Made by a program: the position numbers and the translations under genes. The notes under the pieces are model-generated. The model was not told the origin of the DNA and searched no databases. It saw nothing but the letters and a program-made list of their open reading frames with translations. A DNA stretch of 63,829 bases, the filler included, from Octopus bimaculoides (lineage: Eukaryota): NCBI RefSeq assembly GCF_001194135.2. It is 4 parts of 4 records of this genome, joined end to end, with 100 filler letters (N's around TTAATTAATTAA, not from the genome) between each part and the next. Parts side by side here need not be neighbours in the genome. Positions count along the whole stretch, not along the records: positions 1 to 30,227 come from NC_068996.1; positions 30,328 to 55,615 come from NC_068990.1; 2 more parts are not named here. The stretch is one strand, 5' to 3'. Shown piece by piece: positions 24,071 through 36,205 of this stretch. Within the stretch, counting starts at the first letter, position 1; each line of letters begins with the position of its first letter.

Positions 24071-26700
24071 ATATTCTCCCATGGCCAGATATATTCTCGC
24101 AGATATTGGAAATGAGTGACACTTGTATGACAGTGACACTCATCTTAACTTTAAAGCAATGTCAAGACAAAGAGACACAAACACACACACATGCATTATG
24201 GGCTTCTTTCAGTTTGTATACCAAATCCATTCACAACTGTTTTTCTACATACTGCAATCTGAGTTAATTGATCAAAGTAGTCTGGAGTAGAATGTCTTGA
24301 CTGATGAGGCTTAACATGTCTGTAACTGTTATATTTTTCTGCTCTCATAGATCAGATTTAATTGCCAAAGAAGGAAGATTTTTATGTGAAATACTGTGTC
24401 TTGAAATTATCTCCCTTCTCTTTTTGAGTGTTATTTAGAATTACTGTTAGATTTATATTTTGTTTTTCTCATTAAGAGTAACATTTTAATCCATTGCTAA
24501 TCTTTTTGTATACATCATTCAATACACCCATCTGAATTATTTAAATTCATGTTCTTGGGCCATTTGAGTTATTCTTGGCTAACTTTATGTAATTACATTT
24601 GTTTGTGTTACTTTACCCAACTTAATTTTCAGCTCAATAATTGTCTGACACAGAAGTTTATGTCATAGAATTAAAAAGACAGCTTAACCCCCCACTAAAC
24701 CCTATCTAATCATGGACATTTTTAATGATCACAACCCTATAAAGAAGATTCATATTAAACCACCCAAAACTTAAACAGCAAAATATTGCATTTCTCCCAC
24801 ACATTTGTGACCAAGAAGTGAAAAGTAAATATTGTCACTGCTAAATACTGTCTCTTTCAAATTCCATTATGATTCTGTATGGAATAACTGGTTCTCAGCT
24901 CCCTGTAATATAAAGTAGTGTACTCTGATATGCTCAGTCTCTGGGTAGAAAATTAAGAAAGCATATTAAAATCAATTCCAATGTTAAATGTATTAAGAAG
25001 CGTAGTAGTTCTATTTGTTTAATAAAGAAAGGAATTCCATATATAGAAGCAATGCCTAAAAAACTTTGTCAAGAGAAAGGTTTTTAGTTTGAAGTAAATA
25101 AGATGAGGCTCTACTGTCTTGTTAGTGGGTATTGGTGATAGGAATTACATATGGGGTACCCAGTGTAAACATGTAATTACTGGTGCCCAAGAGGAGTAGT
25201 TGTATCACAGACAGGATGACACAGAAAATAAACTTTGCATGTAGCAGACACACAGGAGTAGTTAGCTGTAAAAGCACCCATAAAATGAATTCTCTCTAAT
25301 GCCTAGAATGAACTGTCAGCTTTTGTTACCTAGATGACTTGATCATCAATATAGGTGGCTATTTGAAAGCAGGCTAAGAATAAGGTGAAAAAATTTTCAC
25401 AGAGTTATTATCTCAGCAGGAAAAAGGATTTTTTTTATCCCCTAAGTAAAGGATAGATAATGTGAAGTATGGTTGCATAGTAGTGAAACATGAGTCTTGA
25501 GTGGGGAAAAAATAAGGCAAGCATGTTCTGCTATATGTGAAATGCTAGTGTGTATGAGCACTGGAGCTCAAATTCAGAGAGGAATTGGGTTATAAGGCAA
25601 AGTTGATACAGTTGGAAGAGAGTTGCAATGTTTATGGAAGATAATGCTTGGCTAACAAAGTACCAAATGACCCATGGAGAAATAACCTTTGGAAAAGGTA
25701 GACCATGGAAGATATAGGATGAAATGTTGAAGGTTAATCTTTGAAGAGACTTAACCTCATGAAAATGATGAGATCACAATAAGTAATGATTGTGCTAAAA
25801 AATAAAACTGATCCAGTTCCTGCAAGCACAGAAAAGTGGATGTAAAATTATTGATGTAGTTATTAAACTGACCATGTTTACTCAAAGACTGTCACAGTTC
25901 CAAATCATAAATGCAATCCATTGTTTGAGGTTTGCTAAGATTCTATAAAGTCACTAAAAAACAAAAGAAAAAGAAAAAAGCTTTCTTTTTGCTTGCATGT
26001 GATCCCTTTACACCTTGTGTACAAATAGAAAAAAGCATTATAAATTGAGAAGAATTGCCTTGGAAAAATCTCTCTAAAGTAGTCAAAATCATACCCCACT
26101 AATTAACAGAAAATTATAAGGAATTTAAAAATCTATACCAAAATTATTAATCACATTTCTACAATATATTGACTAAACAAGATGAAACATTTTCTAAACA
26201 CTTTTCAAGGAATTATTTCCTGAAATTACTAAGACAGAAAAAAAATTACTATAAGATTTACACTTTAATGTTAATTCCAAAAGTACATGTTGATTTTAAT
26301 TCAATATCTTCACTTTAATTTTTAATTCAAATAATCTAAAAAACTACAATTTCCTTGTTTTCCTCTCTCACTGAGCAGCAGAAATGGAAATACCGATCTT
26401 CTGTGAAACAATACCTACTCTGAAATTATTATTTAACATTGTGATTTCATTGTTTATTCAAGACAAGATGTTATAAATAACATCTGATCTTTCAGATATT
26501 TTTCTCTTTCACTTTCTTCAAAGGAGAAGGAAAAGAATATTTCCTTACCAACTGTATGTATGTCAGTAATCCTGAAAATTACACACCAATCTTTTTTATA
26601 AACTACTTAAGAAATATTTAAAAATAATCATGTAACTACTTTGAACAAAATTGAATGCACACAAGTATTCAGTGCAGACTTAATATGGAATAGATCATCT

Positions 26701-26784
26701 GATTCATTTGGAGACAGTTATGTTTCATTTGGAGACAGCTATGATTCATTTGGAGACAGTTATGATTCATTTGGAGACAGTTAT
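26701..26784. repeat. 21-bp minisatellite, 4 copies (GATTCATTTGGAGACAGTTAT)
   Basis: Copies at 26701, 26722, 26743 and 26764; only copy 2 differs (2 substitutions). Confidence 0.95.
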
Positions 26785-26808
26785 GCTGAAGGGTTAATAA
26801 AGTGTTAA

Positions 26809-27000
26809 CCCTTCAGCATTTAGATTACTTTATCTAACGTAATGCTTATTTAGTCACACTGTTTTGAATTAATCATGCATTATCTCCTAGTTTTGAGAAT
26901 TTAATGATGCAGTTACTTTTATGACATTGGATCTGGCGACTTTGAACATAAAGCAAATAAAATATCTGGGCCAGATATAGCCAGTTTAAATGGTAAAGGG
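26809..27000. mobile_element. piggyBac-type MITE (192 bp) with TTAA TSD
   Basis: TTAA at 26805-26808 and 27001-27004; TIRs CCCTTCAGCATTT / AAATGGTAAAGGG. Confidence 0.88.
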
Positions 27001-29199
27001 TTAACATAGAATATGTTGTCTCTGGATTTTTCTTGTGTGTAGTTTTTTTCAAAATCAATTTGGAAATATGAAATCTTATAAAGATAGTTAAATTTCCTTT
27101 TATCATTGGGTTACTGTTTAAGCATCTTGCTGATGTTCTGGTCATGTTAGCATTCTTGGAAATGAGGAAGTTGATAGAATAGCTGGAGAAACTTAAACAA
27201 AATATGTTGGTAATGATTTAAAGCACCTGTTTTTATATGTGTGTAGTTTTTGTTTGCTTGTATTTTACATGACTTAAAGAAGAAAAGGCAGTGCTTATAT
27301 TATTCAGGGCTTCTAAAAGTTTGGAGGAAGGAAGATATCTTACAATGGGAGATCTAACTTGAATACTTACAACAGAATGTATTCTATTAAAAGCATCCAA
27401 TGGCTAGTTAATCTAGAAAATAGATTGTCTGTCACCCAAAGTTTGTCTTTCAAGTTCCATTCACAAAACTTCTTGTCCAAGTGTATAGTGAAATTGAACC
27501 TAAAGCAATGTTAATTGTGAACAGAATGTATTAACAACACTGCCATACCAGCACCCCAAGACTTCATAAACTCTATAGTTTTTTTATTTTGTGAGAAATT
27601 CTATCATAATCAAATCTGTTGAGAAATTATAAAAATTAAATGTATGACAATAAAATAAAGTTAAAATGTTTAAGAGTGTTTATAAACACATATTTATATA
27701 TACTTGAGATCTAGTCCCTCTGTGCATTTTAAAATCCTGGGATTACCCAAACATAGTGTGGCTATTACCACACAGGTAGAAAATATCTGTTGGACAGTTA
27801 AACATTGATAATTTTCACCATTGGAGTAAGGGTTGCATGTTACAATTTTGTATTTCTCTTGTATAATTGTGTCTTCTTACTTAGATATAAATAATGCTGT
27901 GTTTGCAAGACCAACAACTTACTGTAACTATTAATATGTTGTTTCATATAGTTGTATTTAATTTGATGTTTTATATTACTAACAGTACTCATATTTCAAC
28001 CACAATCATGTTACTAATAGAGTAATAACAGTTTTCATATTTCAACTCTTATATTAAAAGACTTATACTGTTTGCTATTCCTCAATCAAATATAGATATA
28101 TGTAACACACTAGATTTGGTACAATCAATTGTACACTCGCCTCTTCAAAGCTTTATTGGACTCAATGAGAAGGTATGCATATAGTTCTTAAAAAGATGCA
28201 TCATCTGAAAATAAAATACAGAATGGTCAGTGTTGGAACTTCTAGTGATATAGGTCACTGTCTATAATAAGGCTGACCTTAATCCAGCAGAAAAGGTTAC
28301 ACAATAATCACATTGCAACCATCATCTAATAGGGTGCTCAATATTTATGATCAACCTGCTAAGAATAGCAGCTAAAAAATCCCTGAAAAAAGGAGATCTA
28401 CTGTCTGAAAAAAGACAAGATGGTCATAGCTGGAACATCTTTGATCAAAGTTGACCTGGATTTAAAGAACAACAGTATTATAAAATTTTATTGGAATTTG
28501 TTTTTGTACCTCTACAAGAAGTATAATAGCTACATTTTCTTTTCTGTAGGATATGTGATTTAGTGATCATATTAACCTGACTATATAACTGGTATTTAAT
28601 CAACTATAGAGGGATGAAAAGTAAAATCAACACCAATGGAGATTTCAACAAGAAATAGTGAAGTACTGAACGCGTTTGGGTAAACCTTATAGTTTGCCAT
28701 TTTGCTTCCTTTACCCTGCTCCACTCTACTGGATTATTGAAAAATAAACCTGTATTGTTTTGTATGCTGGAAGAAGATTTTCAAAACGATGACCTGCAAT
28801 ATTAAATGACATTGGTTTAGGGTAAAAACAACACTCCCACCCACAAATCATCCAACATTAAATTTTATATTAAAGGGACAAACAAATTTAGAAGAAATAG
28901 CTGCAGTGTACGACTTGGAGCGTATACATGTTCAGTCATATCAACCAAGGAAAGAGGGAAAAAAAGTGAATGCAAAATCAAGTAATATTGATAACAATGT
29001 TCTGATTTCTCAAGAATTCACTAATAAAGAAATAACTTATTGTGTCTTATCTTAACATGTTTATTTTCTTTTTTTTTCTTTGTTTTTTAAAACATGTTTC
29101 CAACCTTCCCTTTATCTCTGTAATAGTAACTAGTACCATTTCAGTTTATTTCTCTAGTGCTAATGAACTGTTTAATTTCACAAATTGACACTTGTAAGA

Positions 29200-29240
<41 letters not shown>

Positions 29241-29289
29241 ACAAGCATGAATTTAATATTACTAAACATTTGCAATGAGTTATTATTAA

Positions 29290-30010
29290 CAGTTGTCAGG
29301 TGGCAGAATTGGTAAAAGTGACAGGTAAATTGTGGTTTCTGGCTTCAAATCTTGCCAAAGGTATATTTTGCAAGATTTTTTCTGTTCATTCTTCTAGCAG
29401 CTGGGAAAATAAGTACCTGTTAATTGACTGTTCCCTTTCCTAAATATAAGATCTTGAGACCATATTAGAAACCATTATTATTCAAAGGATGAGGGCTGCT
29501 TGGCAGAATAAATATTGATTTAAAATGATGAATAACCTTTAAGTTATATTTGAAAATCCTGCCCTATATCAATTTTTGCTTTTCATCCTGCAGGGGTCAA
29601 TAAAATAAATATTCATGTTATAATAGTTGTTTGTTCCTTCCAAATGAATTTGGTTAACTTGCCTTTCATCCTTTCGGATTTTATAATGTACCAGTTATAT
29701 ACTGAGGTCAGTTTCATTGACTAAATCCCTCCTCTAAAATTGGTAGCCTTGTGCCCAAATTAGAAACAGTTATTATTATTATTATTATTATTAAGCTGGT
29801 GAGGTGGCAGAATTGTTAGCACGCTAGGCAACATGCGGTACTTTGCCTGTCACTATATTCTGAGTTCAAATTCCACCAGGGTCGACTTTGCTTTTCATCT
29901 TTTTGGGGTCAATAAATTAAGTACCAGTGAAACACTGGGGGGAGGGGGGTCGATGTAATTGACTAGACCCCTCCTCCAAAATTTCAGGCCTTGTGCCTTT
30001 AGTAGAAAGG

Positions 30011-30059
<49 letters not shown>

Positions 30060-30070
30060 CATTATTATTA
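29290..30070 (+). mobile_element. Head-to-tail cluster of about four copies of a second SINE family with (TAT)n tails
   Basis: Repeated TGGCAGAAT head, CTTTCATCCT..GGGTC.ATAAA..AAGTACC core and TTGTGCC...AGAAA..(ATT)n tail. Confidence 0.75.
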
Positions 30071-30071
30071 T

Positions 30072-30227
30072 AAATGCCAAAACCTACCCTGGCGAAGAAT
30101 GTACCCCACAACATAGATTAGTAGTTAGCGACTTTGGGATCAAGGCAAAATGGGTGCCCAGAATTAGACAGGCTTGGAGAAGAAGGGTGTGGAAGCTTAA
30201 AGACCCTGCAAACGGACAGAGACTTAG
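30072..30227 (+). mobile_element. RTE-clade LINE fragment at the contig end
   Basis: INAKTYPGEECTPQHRLVVSDFGIKAKW...WKLKDPANGQRL is nearly identical to the peptide in ORF 491-715. Confidence 0.9.
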
Positions 30228-30327
30228 NNNNNNNNNNNNNNNNNNNNNNNNNNNNNNNNNNNNNNNNNNNNTTAATTAATTAANNNNNNNNNNNNNNNNN
30301 NNNNNNNNNNNNNNNNNNNNNNNNNNN
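30228..30327. other. Artificial scaffold-join spacer (44 N + TTAATTAATTAA + 44 N)
   Basis: Identical 100-bp structure three times in the window. Confidence 0.95.
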
Positions 30328-30797
30328 TATATATATATATTTATATATATATATATATTTATAAATTTCAATAATAGGACGAATTCTTTTACAAGAATTC
30401 ATCAAGCAGCTAGCGTGAAAAAAACCTCATAAGTCTGTTGATTTATAAAATATAATTTCCAGAACTAGACACAAGACGTCCACCCGAAAGGGACCACGTG
30501 TAGACTTCTACAAATTGCATTCAGTCTATCCCTTCAAATGTCTTCAACCTGGCGCGCCAAGTCCGGAAATAACTCTGCAGTTAATAAATTTCTGCAGCCA
30601 ATTTACCTTTGCTAAAAGCAAAAACAGAAGAAAGTGTGGAAAAGCAAAGGTTTGAAACGCGTCAAATATGCGCATATATTCGCATACACGCACGTCTATA
30701 TACGCACGTATCCGCACACACCTGTCTATAGACACGTACATGGAACCTTATGTGCACGCTTGTGAATGTGTGCGTGTGTAAAACTAAATGAAATAGT

Positions 30798-30935
30798 AAT
30801 GAGAACCCAGGTTCGAAATTTCCCCAAGACACCTGATGAAGGCTGGAGGGTATATCAGCCGAAACGTTGTGTTAACAACAAACAAGATGAGGACAAATAT
30901 CCGTCAAATGTAAATAATGTAAATAATGTAATTAA
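30798..30935 (+). mobile_element. 3' half of the hammerhead-tailed SINE, least decayed copy
   Basis: AATGAGAACCCAGGTTCGAAATTTCCCCAAGACACCTGATGAAGG...; tail (AAATAATGT)2; CpGs retained. Confidence 0.85.
30828..30873 (+). ncRNA. Minimal type I hammerhead motif (extra A after core, ACGT palindromic helix III)
   Basis: Helix I GACAC/GTGTT; CTGATGA 30833-30839; extra A; helix II GGCTGG/TCAGCC; GAAA 30861-30864; AC-GT; cleavage triplet GTT. Confidence 0.68.
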
Positions 30936-31131
30936 TGAATAAAATGTTATTTCAAAATTCCGGTTTCTTTCTGGTCATCTTCCTATTCTTAACTGTAATT
31001 AGCATGACGTCATCAATATTCTTCATCATTATCATTAATATAATATAATCAATTATTATAATATAATCAAATATTATAAATAATATAATCATGCATAATC
31101 TTTACCGCCATTTCCAGGGACATCAAGGCTG

Positions 31132-31132
<1 letters not shown>

Positions 31133-31210
<78 letters not shown>

Positions 31211-31211
31211 A
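31133..31211. repeat. (CTA)n microsatellite, followed by mixed CAC/CAA/CAG tracts to ~31480
   Basis: Direct reading of the sequence. Confidence 0.95.
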
Positions 31212-31814
31212 ATCTAATCAATTACACACATCGTTTGTCACTACACCCATATTATATCGTAGTTACAGTAATATGCATCCCCTACTTCTTTCAAGACTTT
31301 TGTTCAGACACTCCTCCTCTTGAACTCCACCCCAATCCATAAATTTGCATTCACAATTATGCATATCAGCACCTCTAACCACCACCAGCGGCAATACTAC
31401 CGTCAGCACCACCACCACCACCACCACCACCAAAAGCATCACCATCAACAACTACAACAGCAACAGCAACTACAACGACAGCACCTGTGTACTCTAGAAG
31501 ATAGAATAACAAAATCAAAATAACTGTAACAATAACATGCGGCACGAAACACAACATGCAACAGTTGTTGCAAATTGTATAAAGACTGTTCAGCGCAATG
31601 CACCTGATTATTGCAGTTTATCAGTACAAATGGTTGTACATCATACTTCATGTGAATATATGAAGAAGCTTTCAAGATATTGCTATAATCTGAAGGACAA
31701 TCACAACGCCAACTCCGATCCTGCCTAAATTCATAAATTCATTATTTATGAAAATATGTTTTTATGATAATGTATGTAATTAATAAAATATATGTGTGTA
31801 TGTAACTATGTGTG

Positions 31815-31862
<48 letters not shown>

Positions 31863-32282
31863 AATAAATAAATATATATATATGTATATNNNNNNNNNNN
31901 NNNNNNNNNNNNNNNNNNNNNNNNNNNNNNNNNNNNNNNNNNNNNNNNNNNNNNNNNNNNNNNNNNNNNNNNNNNNNNNNNNNNNNNNNNNNNNNNNNNN
32001 NNNNNNNNNNNNNNNNNNNNNNNNNNNNNNNNNNNNNNNNNNNNNNNNNNNNNNNNNNNNNNNNNNNNNNNNNNNNNNNNNNNNNNNNNNNNNNNNNNNN
32101 NNNNNNNNNNNNNNNNNNNNNNNNNNNNNNNNNNNNNNNNNNNNNNNNNNNNNNNNNNNNNNNNNNNNNNNNNNNNNNNNNNNNNNNNNNNNNNNNNNNN
32201 NNNNNNNNNNNNNNNNNNNNNNNNNNNNNNNNNNNNNNNNNNNNNNNNNNNNNNNNNNNNNNNNNNNNNNNNNNNNNNNNNN

Positions 32283-32323
<41 letters not shown>

Positions 32324-32679
32324 CATATGCGTATCTGTGTGCAGATTATAGTTGTATTTAAAAAAAATTTTTTTTTTAAAGTTTCAGCTTAGAGCTGCGG
32401 CCATGCTGATGCACCACCGTGTGTATAGATATTTTAACTGAAATATTTAAGGTATCTGCATTTTGTTGTTAAACTTTGGCACAAAGCCAGCAATTGGGGA
32501 AGGAGTAAGTCAATTACATCGACCGCAGTATTTGACTGGTACTTAATTTATCGATCCCCAAAGGATGAAAAGCGATGTCGACCACCACGGTGTAATTTGA
32601 ACACAGAGCGTAAAGACTCAGGAAATGCCGTTAACCATTTTGCCGCTCTTAACGTATTTCCATATTGAGAATTATATAG

Positions 32680-32902
32680 GAGCAGGTGTAGCAGGGTAGT
32701 AAGACGTTTACTTCCAAACCACATGGGTTTTGGTTCAGTCCCATGTCAACTTCAGCGATTGTTTACGGGGCGAAAAAAGTTGGATTTCACAGACAGAAAC
32801 TGAAAGCGACCCGTCGTATTTATACATGTATGTGTGTGTGTGTATATATATATACATATATACATACATACATACATATATACATACATACANNNNNNNN
32901 NN

Positions 32903-32940
<38 letters not shown>

Positions 32941-33220
32941 TGTGGGTTGTTTTTTTATGTGTGTGTGTGTGCGAATGTTTGTGCGTGTGTTCCTTTGTGT
33001 TTGTGGTTGTCCCTCTTGTCCCTCAGTATGGCTTAAGAACCAGTGTTGGTTCGCTTAAGTCCCCGCAGTCGAAGAAGCTATTCTGCAAAAAGAGACCAAT
33101 CGATTAAGTACCAGATTTTAAAAGCAAAAGCACTGAGAGGTGTGGGCGTTCTTTTCGACTACACTCTTCAAGGTGGTGCAGAAGCATGGCCGCAGTTTAA
33201 TCACCGAAAGAATTAAAAGA
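32680..33220 (+). mobile_element. tRNA-derived SINE (major family) spanning a small gap
   Basis: Head GGTTCAGTCCC, GAAACTGAAAG, core AAAGAGACC, tail GCATGGCCGCAG. Confidence 0.8.
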
Positions 33221-34236
33221 TAAAACATGAAAGCTGTAGGCAATGGACAATAACTGTTATGCTGAAAATAATGGGTGTAGGTTATCAAGTTAATACGATG
33301 GTGAAAACGATGATGATGGAGATATTAATTCTGTTTTCATATCTTCCAGTCGGTCGTCTTTCCTTGGATTAAGGAATTTATGGAAGAAAATCAAACTCCC
33401 ACAAGCAGATGATTGAGAATTATTGTTGATCTTATATGAAGGCAAATATGGGAGAAAAATTGTATTAGTTTTCTCATGAAAAAAGACCCATCCCAGTCTA
33501 GGTAAATGAGATATATTTTATGCTGCTTTGTGGTTTATAACCTACGATCTTGAGATAAGGCATCGGCATCAATAGACATGTATATTTAATTAAATGAATC
33601 TCTAGCATCATCTACCATACAGAACAACGATTTACTTACACCAATAATGCACCAGGGAATAAATAACGAAACGGGTGGGAAAAAAATGTACACGACAAGC
33701 TTATGAAGAGAAAAATTGCACTAGCAAGAGATAGGGAGAGAAAGAGTAAGAAGAAGAGGTGCAGGGAGAAAGAAAGATAGAAGAAGTGAGATAGATAGAT
33801 AGAAATAGAGAGAGACAGAGATGGAGAAATTGAGAGTATTTGTGAGAGAGTGACAGTGGAAGTTCAATAAGGAAGTAAACGAGTGCTAGTGAGAGGAGCA
33901 TAGGTATTATCAGAAGAAGAAACGAGCTATTCAATTTCTATAGTTTCCGATAGCGAAGTTGGAATGCTGCAATTACAGACTCCAATACACAACAATGAAT
34001 GATTCGTTCTATTCTATATAACTCAGTGTGACATCATTCCGTATTTTGAGCAGTACTAGATATCCTTTGTATTGCATGCTATGTTGTATAATGAAGTATT
34101 TAATGACCTTTTAATTCTTCATACGAATGGGAAATGTCGTCTCACACATACGCATGCATACATATGCACTGACATATATACATGCACACAGTCGTACACA
34201 TGTGCGTGCACACACATATATTGCTGAGAGAGAGGA

Positions 34237-34279
<43 letters not shown>

Positions 34280-34731
34280 CTGTGCTGTAGGTAGGAAAAT
34301 GTAAGTTTGAATATATGCTCAGAATTGACTACACCATGATTATAAAACGTGCATATATACAAATAGATTATAGGGAATTGTTCAAGGTTGTGATATCTCT
34401 CCACTATAAGGGTTTAGAAGGTGAGATAAAATGTTTATTAAATAACTGTCGCAAATATCGCATTAACATCAATAACCTCTTTGCCTTTTTGTGTATCGAA
34501 AAAGCATTAGCGCTAAAGATGTGTACGCTGATGAAATTTATAAATGCTTTCCAACCAACCTAGGCGCATTGCTTAAAGATTTCATTTAGTAACTATTTGC
34601 TCTTTAGTTAGATCCTGTCTCACATCACATTTTGTTTGCTGTAGCCCATCATTTATACCAAGACAAAACAATGTACACTTCCAATCAATTAAGATTAGAA
34701 GCCATGAGAGCCACTGCCTGGAACTGAATCC

Positions 34732-34732
<1 letters not shown>

Positions 34733-34813
<81 letters not shown>
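34733..34813. repeat. (TTA)n microsatellite at the 3' end of the R4/Dong-like element
   Basis: About 27 perfect units. Confidence 0.95.
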
Positions 34814-34814
<1 letters not shown>

Positions 34815-36060
34815 TCTTTTTAGCAAAGGTTTTCGTAGAATTCCATGCTATCCGTTCTTTGCAGCTAGCTAGTACTGTCCTGATTAGTCTTGCCGTGCCA
34901 AGGAGGCAAACCATTTGTAACAGTTCTACTGGGCATTCTATTCCAATTTCCTTTATATTCCTCTTGATGTCTTCTGATACTGTCCCCAAGGACCCAACAA
35001 CAATTGGCACAATCTTCACCTTTATTTTCCATAACCGGGCTATCTCCTACTTAAGAGGGTTGCATTTATCCATTTTTTTCGTCTTCTTTCTTGACTATTC
35101 GTGAGTCAAAGGGGCATGCAAAATCAACTACATAGCACATGTCGTGCATCTTGTCGACACCACCAGGCTCGGTTTGTTATGCTCTATCACTTGATCTGTT
35201 TAGATTGGGAAATCTCTGAGGATTTGCTAGTCTCCGACTCCTCTACTCTATGCTGTTTGTGCGCATACCACGTCTTACCTCTCTCTAGCCCCCACTTTTC
35301 GGCAGTTTCCAATGTAGCACTTCCTCTACATAATCGTGTCTCCACAACTTGTAGTGGTTTTGGGCAAGTCTACGGCATTCGTTCGTGATATGAGCAATGG
35401 TTTCATCCACTCTATCATAGATGCAGCACAGCGGAGACACTTGCTCATTCCAAAGGTTGGCCCTCCAGTTCGTGACAAAAGCTTGGTCTTGGGCTGCCAG
35501 TATAGTACTCTCGGTCTCTTTTTTAAGTATTCCTCTCTTCAGCCAATCCCACCTATTCTTTCCAGCAACTTCCGTTGTGGCTACATGGAATTGATTGCAT
35601 AGTCCCATCTTGCATAATTCTTCTTCATGTCCTTTTTTTTACTCCTTTCTTTGCTTCTCCTTTTTTTCTCTGCTTTCAATACCCCCGCATTCCTAACTGC
35701 ACTAACAGAGTTTCCTTACTTTGGACTAGGTATCTCATTAAGCTCTCGTGTTCGATACGTACGCAGTCTTTCACACTTATCAGTTCCTCTTCCTCCATTT
35801 GCTCTCTTCATGTATAAGCGATCAGTGTCTGCACGTGGATGATGGACTCCATGCATCGTTACGAGCTTTCTTGACTTCCTGTCCATCTCCTTAGGCTCGT
35901 CCTCTGTCCACTTCAGGATTTCAGCGCCATACCGAACTACTGCGACCGCACGCGAGTTTATTGCCGAAATTATGTTTCTGGCATTCAGGTTTGAAACCAA
36001 TATTTTTCTCACTGACCTCAGGTACTCTCTTTTTGTGAGTAACTTCAAGTCATCCATATC
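34814..36060 (-). mobile_element. R4/Dong-like non-LTR retrotransposon with restriction-like endonuclease, 5'-truncated and decayed
   Basis: MDDLKL; EYLRSVRKIL..AINSRAVAVVRYG; LYMKRANGGRG; LKKETESTILAAQDQA; CCHC-like LCC..DETIAHITNEC..LAQNHY..RHD; REL region KIL.DFPI.TD..IEHNKPSLVVVD...VDFACP...EK; VPIVVGSLG. Confidence 0.88.
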
Positions 36061-36098
36061 ATTATTATTATCATTATTATTGTTGTTGTTTTTGCTTC

Positions 36099-36182
<84 letters not shown>

Positions 36183-36205
36183 CATCATCACCATCATCAT
36201 CATAA
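36058..36205. repeat. (TTA)/(TTG)/(TCA) compound microsatellite at the 5' junction of the R4-like element
   Basis: Direct reading of the sequence. Confidence 0.95.

Noticed and set aside
24271-24330. CTGATGA followed by GGC
   Set aside because: No GAAA, helix III or helix I partner downstream.
26701-26784. Short direct repeats as a possible CRISPR array
   Set aside because: The repeats are contiguous with no spacers, there are no cas genes, and the context is eukaryotic.
30272-30283. TTAATTAATTAA as a biological palindrome or homeodomain site
   Set aside because: It sits at the exact centre of three identical 100-bp N blocks, so it is an assembly linker.
31091-31728. Poly-Y/H/Q/V ORFs suggesting a low-complexity transcription factor
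   Set aside because: They are translations of trinucleotide microsatellites, with no domain or splice support. The same applies to 49250-49590 and 35972-36205.
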